Assembly (NCBI GenBank): GCA_032128875.1
Contig: JAVLKG010000002.1
Span: forward strand, 832,001-896,000
Origin: Candidatus Melainabacteria bacterium 17Bon1m
GTDB taxonomy: Bacteria; Cyanobacteriota; Vampirovibrionia; Obscuribacterales; Obscuribacteraceae
Reading direction: 5' to 3'
Length of the DNA stretch: 64,000 nt
The notes under the pieces: model-generated
What the model was told of the DNA's origin: nothing
The model's input: the letters and a program-made list of their open reading frames with translations, nothing else
Databases searched by the model: none
In this document: positions 57,398 to 64,000 of the stretch, piece by piece
Layout of the letters: each line of letters begins with the position of its first letter
Numbering within the stretch: the first letter of the stretch is position 1
Program-made: the position numbers and the translations under genes

Positions 57398-59677
57398 CTA
57401 TGGAGCAGTTGTTTTCTCTGGACCGACAGTTAATCCTGAGTCCATATGGAAATTGACTCCACCCTCGCTGCGGAAACCCGTGATTGAGAAGCCATTGGAT
57501 GTTTTCTTCAATCCGAAGTCTGCCTTACCACGTCCGGTGGGAAGCGATTTTATATTGACCTGATGGATAAAACTCGGCATAAACGGTCGTTTTATATTGA
57601 GCTGCCCTTGAGCACCTTCGACGTCAATTCCTATGCATGCTTCTAGCATTTGAAACAAACAGCCGGACGCCCATGCCTGGGGCACACAAGATACAGGATA
57701 TGAAACTGGAGGGGCTCCTTTAGCCCGCGTGAATCCGCAGAAGAGTTCTGGTAAGCGATTGTCCCCGAACGCCGTCCCTGCATCGAAGAGTCCAGAGAAA
57801 ATGCGTCCGGCGTCTTCTTTGTGGTCGTTTTCTGCAAGCCCGGAGGCGATGATCGCATTGTCGTGGGGCCAGATAGAGCCGTTGTGATAGCTAACAGGAT
57901 TGTAGGCAACTTCATTGCTTGAAAGAGTGCGGATACCCCAACCGTTGAAAAGGTGGCTTTCCATCAAGGTTTTGCAAACAGCTTCCTTCTTGTCGTCAGC
58001 TACTATTCCACTTATTAAAAGCTGACCTGGGTTTGATGCTACGACATCACATTGCTTTCCGCCAGCTGATAAAGCCATCGCATAATAGTTTTTGCTAGGC
58101 ATCCAGAATGCGGCATTAAAGTCCTGCTTCAGCTTTTGCGCGCTTGCTTCCAATTGTTTGTGTTTGTCCACCTTGCCAAACATTCCGTAAATAAACCCAG
58201 CGTCTACAAGAGCTTTGTATAAATAGCCCTGGACTTCACAGGCTGCAATTGGTGCGTTCGCGAGCTTGCCGTCAGAGTACATCATTGAGTTGCCGGAGTC
58301 TTTCCAACACTGGTTAGCTAGTGCTCCTTCGCCACCATAAGTCAGAAAGCCTTTGCTGGAAGCATCGAGCAAATAAGCGACAGCGCGATCTAAATTAGGC
58401 AATAGTTTGTTGACTGTATCCATGTCTCCAGTGCACTGCAAATACTTGCGCATAAGCATTACCCAAAGCGGAGTGGCGTCGATCGTTCCGTAGTAAGGAT
58501 GGAATGGAACTATGCCCTTGGTAGCAAGTTCGCCCGTCCTCAATTCGTGCATGATCTTGCCTGGCGCCTCATCTGTTTCTGCATTCCTTTTTGAACCTTG
58601 ATATGCAGCTAACATCAACAAGATTTCTTTGGATGTATTTGGCATAAATAAAACTGTCTGCAATCCGGTAATCGCTTGGTCTCGCCCGAACGGCACCGCG
58701 TACCATGGAAGTCCGGCAGTAAGAGCGGTTCCGCCCTTTACGGGCTGGCGCAAGAGATAAAGATCAAGATATGCCTGATTCAGCATTTTGTTGAATTCAA
58801 TATTGTCGGTCGTGATTTGTCCGCAATCAGAAAACCACTTCTGAAACGAGTTGTTTGCCTGTTCGAGCCTTGCATCATAAGACCAGGTTTGGCACTCTTT
58901 CTCACTTACACTAGAATCTTTTGAGAGAGAGGAAATTGTCAGCTCTGACGAACTTGATTGTCCAGGCTTCAATTTCACAGTCCAATTAAAACCGCCTGTG
59001 GACATGACTGCAGCTGGCTGAGATGCCAAATTCAGTTCGGTATAAACATTATCCACCGGGTATCCATAACGTAGATAGGCACCGATTGTGGTATCAATGC
59101 TTCTAGGTTTTTCCTTTGACTGAAATCCCCTGACTTCAAACATATCTTTGAAGTCTGCATTTGTGCAAATTGAAATTACTGCACTGATTTCTTCTGTTGA
59201 ATAATTTGTAATTGTGATGCGTTCACTAACTCCTTGATACATAGCTACTTCGCGCCGCAGCACAATTGATCGGTCTGCATCTTTTTTATTTTGCCTAATT
59301 CCATAGATGAAAGTTCCACAAAAACCTTTCACATCTTTGGATAACAATTCCGGAGCCTGACCATTCAAAACATATCTGAGTTTGCTAAGCGTTCTTGTGT
59401 CATCTCGGTAGAGTCCATAGGCCGAGTTATCACCTCCAGGAATCATTCCTGATTCGTCTAGAACATACATGAGCGCATCGTGCTTCATTACTATGCGTGG
59501 CTCACTCAGCGGATCAAGGGTTTTCTCCGGATCCTTTCCACAAGCGCTTTCATGTATTTGAACTGTGGTCTTTTGTACTGAATTATCTGCGAATGCAGGT
59601 TGACGCCACGTAATCAACGCTGTGAAGATCAAAATGATGGCAAACACTTGTCGGAAAAAATAAGACTCTCTATGCAA
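57398..59677 (-). CDS. amylo-alpha-1,6-glucosidase (glycogen debranching enzyme family) with predicted signal peptide
   Basis: GLYRDDTR, ADFKDMFEVRG, AGLPWYAVPFGRD, PGKIMHELR, YYGTIDATP, NQCWKDS, YHNGSIWPHDN, LPELF and PQAWA. The start was reassigned to TTG 59677. Confidence 0.88.
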   Translation of the reverse strand: MHRESYFFRQVFAIILIFTALITWRQPAFADNSVQKTTVQIHESACGKDPEKTLDPLSEPRIVMKHDALMYVLDESGMIPGGDNSAYGLYRDDTRTLSKLRYVLNGQAPELLSKDVKGFCGTFIYGIRQNKKDADRSIVLRREVAMYQGVSERITITNYSTEEISAVISICTNADFKDMFEVRGFQSKEKPRSIDTTIGAYLRYGYPVDNVYTELNLASQPAAVMSTGGFNWTVKLKPGQSSSSELTISSLSKDSSVSEKECQTWSYDARLEQANNSFQKWFSDCGQITTDNIEFNKMLNQAYLDLYLLRQPVKGGTALTAGLPWYAVPFGRDQAITGLQTVLFMPNTSKEILLMLAAYQGSKRNAETDEAPGKIMHELRTGELATKGIVPFHPYYGTIDATPLWVMLMRKYLQCTGDMDTVNKLLPNLDRAVAYLLDASSKGFLTYGGEGALANQCWKDSGNSMMYSDGKLANAPIAACEVQGYLYKALVDAGFIYGMFGKVDKHKQLEASAQKLKQDFNAAFWMPSKNYYAMALSAGGKQCDVVASNPGQLLISGIVADDKKEAVCKTLMESHLFNGWGIRTLSSNEVAYNPVSYHNGSIWPHDNAIIASGLAENDHKEDAGRIFSGLFDAGTAFGDNRLPELFCGFTRAKGAPPVSYPVSCVPQAWASGCLFQMLEACIGIDVEGAQGQLNIKRPFMPSFIHQVNIKSLPTGRGKADFGLKKTSNGFSITGFRSEGGVNFHMDSGLTVGPEKTTAP

Positions 59678-61493
59678 GAGGAAGTGTGAATTTGAATATG
59701 CTGCCTTCACCAATTTTGCTCTCCACCCAAATTTTGCCGCCATGTAGTTGAACAAAGGCTCTGCAAATTGCCAATCCCAAACCGGAGCCTTTCTCCTGGT
59801 TGTTTTCAGAACGACGTTCAACTTGTTGGAACTTTTCAAAAATATTCTCCAGCTTGTCTTCCGGAATGCCTTCGCCTTCGTCTCGGACGGCAATCACTGC
59901 AAAATTACCATCTCCAGTTTGACTGTCCTTATTTGCCGAAAGCGTTATTTTTCCGCCTTTAGGCGAGAATTTTACGGCATTGCCGACCAGATTATTGAGT
60001 ATACGATCTATTCGCTCCTCATCTCCCATCACAATCAGATCTGTTTCAACAAAATCCAGTTTTACGTCCTTTGATTCGGCAAAGACTGTAAGACTGGCGA
60101 CACAGGCATCAAAACACTCGTTAAGTGAAACTTTTGCCTTCTCAATATGCATCTGACCACTGTCAGCTTTTTCAACGTCCAGCAGATCATTCACGAGAGT
60201 AAGGAGACGATCTACATTTCGACCGCCCGCGTTTATGAAGTCATTGCCCTTTTCATCAAGCTTGCCGTGTTTTCCAGTTTCTAAGAACGTAAAAATGTGC
60301 CGAAGAGTCGATAGCGGCGTGCGCAAGTCATGAGTGACCATAGCCATAACTTCCTGCTTCAGAGTCTCTGCTTTTCGACGCTCTGTAATGTCGTGAATCA
60401 CACAGAAAGTTGCATCTTCTTCTTTTGAGAAGTGCGCTGAGAGCAGCACGTGGACAATGGTCCCGTCATCCCGTTTCATTCTTAGCTCAACCGGACTTGA
60501 ATCACCTTGTGTTTTCAAATTTGCAAATAGTTGAAGAACATTTTCGCGACTATCGGCAACGTAATCAGCAAAGTGTGTACCTAGTAAGTTTTCTGGCGCG
60601 CGATGTAAAACTGCTTGGCTGGCTGGATTCGCGGCAGAGAATTTTCCATTCGAATCAATTGAACAAATGAAATCTCTGGCATTGTCTATGATTGCTCTCT
60701 CTTTCTTCGCCGCTTCTTTTAGTGTCGTTGCCATACTGTGAAAAGTTTTGTCTACTGCTGCAATTTCGTCGTTGCCACCGATAGGAGTATGCAATGGTAC
60801 ATCAGCAGCCAGTCTGAAACTATTCTCGTTAAGGATGCTCAGTCGATTTGCGATCGTTCTCGTCAAGTAAATTGCCACTGCGATGGCAATAATGGTGTCA
60901 GCAACGGCGATCAGAATCATCAACTGTTTCGACAACTCTCTCAATCTCGCCTGCTCTACAGCATCGATTTCGGCAAGTTTCTTTTGTTGCGCTGCGTGCT
61001 CCAAAAGCCCGCCACCAAGAATTGATTTGACGTCTTTGCGTACGTCTTTCCAAAGTTTCTTACGTAGTTTTTGAATTTGCTCCGGACCATCTTCGGGTAT
61101 TTCCTCGAGACGTCTGATAAGCCCAAAAGTCTTATACGCTGCTTGCTCGGATGCAACAACACATTCGTAGAGCTTCGCATCATGCTGAACACTGTCTTTC
61201 AGTTGTTTGTAATGAACCTCATGCCGGCGATGCAGACTCTGCAGTTTTTCATCGCCAGTTGTTACATGGCGCAGCGGATTGTCGCGCCCAAATTCGCCGA
61301 TGTACTCATAAACATCCTGTGAAAGAACATTAATTGCGTCCGATATCTTTTTCGCGTTGATAGACTCGAGAAGGAGCACTTCGGCATCATTCTCCAGTTT
61401 CGCGACCCAGAACAAAGTGGCCAACTGCAGCACCAACGGCACAAGAACCAGGGCCAGTACCTTTGTCGATAGCGATAATCGTGGACGTCGCAT
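59670..61493 (-). CDS. membrane sensor histidine kinase (HAMP-PAS-HisKA-HATPase)
   Basis: Two TM helices, THDLRTPL, NLVGNAVKFS, DEGEGI and GSGLGL. The start was reassigned to ATG 61493. Confidence 0.93.
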   Translation of the reverse strand: MRRPRLSLSTKVLALVLVPLVLQLATLFWVAKLENDAEVLLLESINAKKISDAINVLSQDVYEYIGEFGRDNPLRHVTTGDEKLQSLHRRHEVHYKQLKDSVQHDAKLYECVVASEQAAYKTFGLIRRLEEIPEDGPEQIQKLRKKLWKDVRKDVKSILGGGLLEHAAQQKKLAEIDAVEQARLRELSKQLMILIAVADTIIAIAVAIYLTRTIANRLSILNENSFRLAADVPLHTPIGGNDEIAAVDKTFHSMATTLKEAAKKERAIIDNARDFICSIDSNGKFSAANPASQAVLHRAPENLLGTHFADYVADSRENVLQLFANLKTQGDSSPVELRMKRDDGTIVHVLLSAHFSKEEDATFCVIHDITERRKAETLKQEVMAMVTHDLRTPLSTLRHIFTFLETGKHGKLDEKGNDFINAGGRNVDRLLTLVNDLLDVEKADSGQMHIEKAKVSLNECFDACVASLTVFAESKDVKLDFVETDLIVMGDEERIDRILNNLVGNAVKFSPKGGKITLSANKDSQTGDGNFAVIAVRDEGEGIPEDKLENIFEKFQQVERRSENNQEKGSGLGLAICRAFVQLHGGKIWVESKIGEGSIFKFTLPLA

Positions 61494-61556
61494 GCGAAGT
61501 AGCGGATCACAATGGGTATACTCAGTATTATTACCATTGTCAATGTATGCGAAACG

Positions 61557-62249
61557 ATGGCAAAGATACTGCTTGTCGAAGACGATCAAGATCTCTCCAT
61601 GATGGTGAAAGCCGGACTGGAAGGGGAAAGGCACGTAGTTGAATGCGCTTTTGACGGCGATGAAGCTATGCATCTGTTGCAGAGCGAAGAATATGATCTT
61701 GTAGTCCTTGATTGGCAATTGCCAAAGCTTTCCGGGATCGATGTCCTGAAAAAACTTCGTCAGATGGGAAAATCTGTTTCAGTGATAATGCTCACCGGAA
61801 AGTCTGCAATCGACCACAAAGAAGAAGGCATTGATACCGGCGCTGATGATTATCTGACCAAGCCTTTTGATATGAGGGAACTCCATGCGCGCCTGCGAGC
61901 ACTACTGCGACGTCCAGGTGGCGCTACTGGAGTGACCGGAAACACTCTAGTCGCGGGTGATTTGGAGCTTGACCCAGTTAAGTATCGCCTCAAAAGAAGC
62001 GGGAAGGATGTGCACCTCACCCCTAAAGATTTTGCCCTGCTCGAGTTTTTCCTGCGCAACCCCGATCATGTTTTCAGTGTGCAGACAATTCTTTCTCGTG
62101 TTTGGAGCTATGAATCCGATGCTTCACCTGAAGGACTACGAGCGGCAATCCGTCGAATTCGCAAAGCTGTGGATATCACCGACGATCCGAATGAGTCGAT
62201 AATTGAAAACGTTGCAAGAGTCGGCTACAGACTGCGAAAACCAAATTAG
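61557..62249 (+). CDS. OmpR/PhoB family response regulator
   Basis: KILLVEDD, VLDWQLP, GADDYLTKPF and a winged helix ending IENVARVGY. Confidence 0.95.
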   Translation: MAKILLVEDDQDLSMMVKAGLEGERHVVECAFDGDEAMHLLQSEEYDLVVLDWQLPKLSGIDVLKKLRQMGKSVSVIMLTGKSAIDHKEEGIDTGADDYLTKPFDMRELHARLRALLRRPGGATGVTGNTLVAGDLELDPVKYRLKRSGKDVHLTPKDFALLEFFLRNPDHVFSVQTILSRVWSYESDASPEGLRAAIRRIRKAVDITDDPNESIIENVARVGYRLRKPN

Positions 62250-63782
62250 TTATTTACTTGGGTTGTAGTCGTATGCAATTGACTGCTGCAAGCGGAGTTT
62301 TGATTCTTCAGTCTGACCGAGCGCACCAAGGGCCTTGCCGAGCCAATAATAGGCAGAACCTGTCGTCTCTTCCAGTGCGATTGATTTGCGAGCTGCTTCT
62401 ACGGCATCGGCATGTCGGCCCAGTCTTTCGTATATCTCGGCAAGACGGCTATAGTAAAAGGTATTTTTGTCGGGAATTGTTTTGCATTCGTTTAAGGCAG
62501 TTTGAAAATCACCTACAGCTAAGGACGCATCGATAAGGCCGTTCGTAACAGATGATTTGTTTTCTTTATTCTTGATTGCAGTAAAGCATCTTATGGCACT
62601 GGCGTAGTCTTTCATTCCCAGATAGCTGTACGCGCGCTCTTTCTGCAATGTCATATCACCAGGCTTCTTCTTCAGCTTTTGTTCTACTGCGGCAATTTCC
62701 TGCGCGTAAATGTCTTTTGCTTTAGCTGCTTGGCCTGCCTCTTCGTAAACGCTTGCGAGCCAATTATTGATCCAGGCTGATTTTCTCTTTTTGAGTTTTT
62801 CAATGACGAATTCAAAGTCATTCATCGCTTTTACTCTATCATTCAGATCCAGATAAATGCGTGCGCGCGATAATCGCCAGTCTTCTTCTTCCGGTTCTTG
62901 TGCAATCAGTTCATCCAGATAAGCGATGTGTTTCTTCTGCGCATCTGCCAAACCAGCACTATCACCTAGTGCCCTTGCAGTCGATGCTGAATAGTCGTAT
63001 GCACTTTCTTCTTTTGATGTGTCATTTAACCAGGCATTCGCTGCATCATTGGCTTCTCTAATTCTTCCTTTTGCAATCAAAAGATCAATCAAATCGGAAA
63101 ACGGTGACTCTTCTGCTGAGTCGTTCGCATTTGAAGAAAATGAACTACTCTCCTCTGGATATTTTGTGGATTCTTGAAACTCAAAGATTGCCTTGTCCAG
63201 CTCTTTCCTTTTCTTAAGCACCCGGCCAAGGGCATTGTGTACCCGACGTTTGTCGTAATCAAAGGTCAGCGATTTTTCATAGTCTTTTTGAGCTTCTGAA
63301 AGTTTGTCTTTCCAGTGGTATGCAATTCCCCGCTGGTAGTACAAACTTCCATCATTTTTCTCAAGTTCGATAGCTTTATCTAAATCGCGGATCGCATCAT
63401 CATATTCATTCTTGTGAGTGTGTAGCTGCCCGCGATAGCTGAGGCACAGATAGTCTTTTGGGTCCAACTCAATTGCTTTGTTGAAATCAGACATCGCCTC
63501 ATCTTTTCTGTCCAGCCACCAGCGAATGAGACCCCTCTCTCTGTACAAGTTTGCACGGTGAGGGTACTTCTTTATCTGTGCTGTAAAAAGTTTTTCTGAC
63601 GCCTTCCAGGCGTCTTCACTTGAAAATTTAGGATGTGCCCAACTAGGTATGAGCTTGTCCATGTCCTTCGGAGGACTTTTGGACAGCTGAAAGCAAATCG
63701 CCGTTATACCGCCGATCACGATAAATATGGCGCAGCCTAGCCAGACACCGAGCTTCTGGCCGAAGGTTAGCTTTGAAAACAT
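62250..63782 (-). CDS. membrane-anchored TPR repeat protein
   Basis: N-terminal TM helix and multiple TPRs (AMSDFNKAIELDP, AIRDLDKAIELE). Confidence 0.9.
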   Translation of the reverse strand: MFSKLTFGQKLGVWLGCAIFIVIGGITAICFQLSKSPPKDMDKLIPSWAHPKFSSEDAWKASEKLFTAQIKKYPHRANLYRERGLIRWWLDRKDEAMSDFNKAIELDPKDYLCLSYRGQLHTHKNEYDDAIRDLDKAIELEKNDGSLYYQRGIAYHWKDKLSEAQKDYEKSLTFDYDKRRVHNALGRVLKKRKELDKAIFEFQESTKYPEESSSFSSNANDSAEESPFSDLIDLLIAKGRIREANDAANAWLNDTSKEESAYDYSASTARALGDSAGLADAQKKHIAYLDELIAQEPEEEDWRLSRARIYLDLNDRVKAMNDFEFVIEKLKKRKSAWINNWLASVYEEAGQAAKAKDIYAQEIAAVEQKLKKKPGDMTLQKERAYSYLGMKDYASAIRCFTAIKNKENKSSVTNGLIDASLAVGDFQTALNECKTIPDKNTFYYSRLAEIYERLGRHADAVEAARKSIALEETTGSAYYWLGKALGALGQTEESKLRLQQSIAYDYNPSK

Positions 63783-63794
63783 CAGCTATCCGAA

Positions 63795-63920
63795 TTAGAA
63801 TTCGGCGACAAGTCCGAAACAGGCGATCATGATGATGAAACCGAAGTAGAGCAGAAGGAACCACATCCAGCGAATGTTCAGCTCGATGTCGGACATTTTC
63901 TCTTTCTTTTCTACTGCCAT
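63795..63920 (-). CDS. 41-aa single-TM small protein
   Basis: Manual translation MAVEKKEKMSDIELNIRWMWFLLLYFGFIIMIACFGLVAEF; it ends 12 bp before the TPR gene start. Confidence 0.55.
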   Translation of the reverse strand: MAVEKKEKMSDIELNIRWMWFLLLYFGFIIMIACFGLVAEF

Positions 63921-64000
63921 GACTTCAATCCTTTGATTCTTTGATTCTGAGACCTTGGGAGCTGTTATTTGGCTTCCGGTGCGGCGAGATTGTTCAATGT

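Noticed and set aside
59678-59893. N-terminal extension of the debranching-enzyme ORF given in the track
   Set aside because: It overlaps the conserved HATPase end of the kinase on the same strand; the later start gives a signal peptide.
61494-61718. N-terminal extension of the kinase ORF given in the track
   Set aside because: It would overlap the response regulator on the opposite strand; ATG 61493 directly precedes the first TM helix.

Overview
This is a bacterial chromosomal window, probably from a non-photosynthetic cyanobacterial relative (Vampirovibrionia/Melainabacteria, Obscuribacterales-like). That assignment is inferred from cyanobacterial-type genes (crtE next to DUF212, DUF187, HAS-barrel, DUF4330 next to ictB), the absence of photosynthesis genes, and the kinase-LRR and Tad-like proteins. 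Housekeeping content includes smpB, rpsL-rpsG-fusA (no tuf follows), fmt-rsmB, tRNA-Val(GAC) and tRNA-Cys(GCA). The most striking unexplained signal is a dispersed ~30-bp intergenic palindrome present in 5 copies plus 1 degenerate copy. Its longest copy lies just upstream of an IS1595-transposase-derived gene whose DDE core appears replaced by a DprA-like winged helix. Other notable items are (1) a tandem ribbon-helix-helix gene flanked by a ~370-nt structured leader and a 5x27-bp hairpin array, (2) a catalytically dead CHASE2 cyclase heading a DUF1800/DUF1501 operon, (3) a four-unit Pho-box-like promoter, (4) an Sm/Hfq-like small protein before fmt, (5) a 1423-aa protein with annexin-like repeats, and (6) an apparently exported glycogen-debranching-family enzyme. 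All family calls come from motif recognition by eye; no database searches or folding programs were run.
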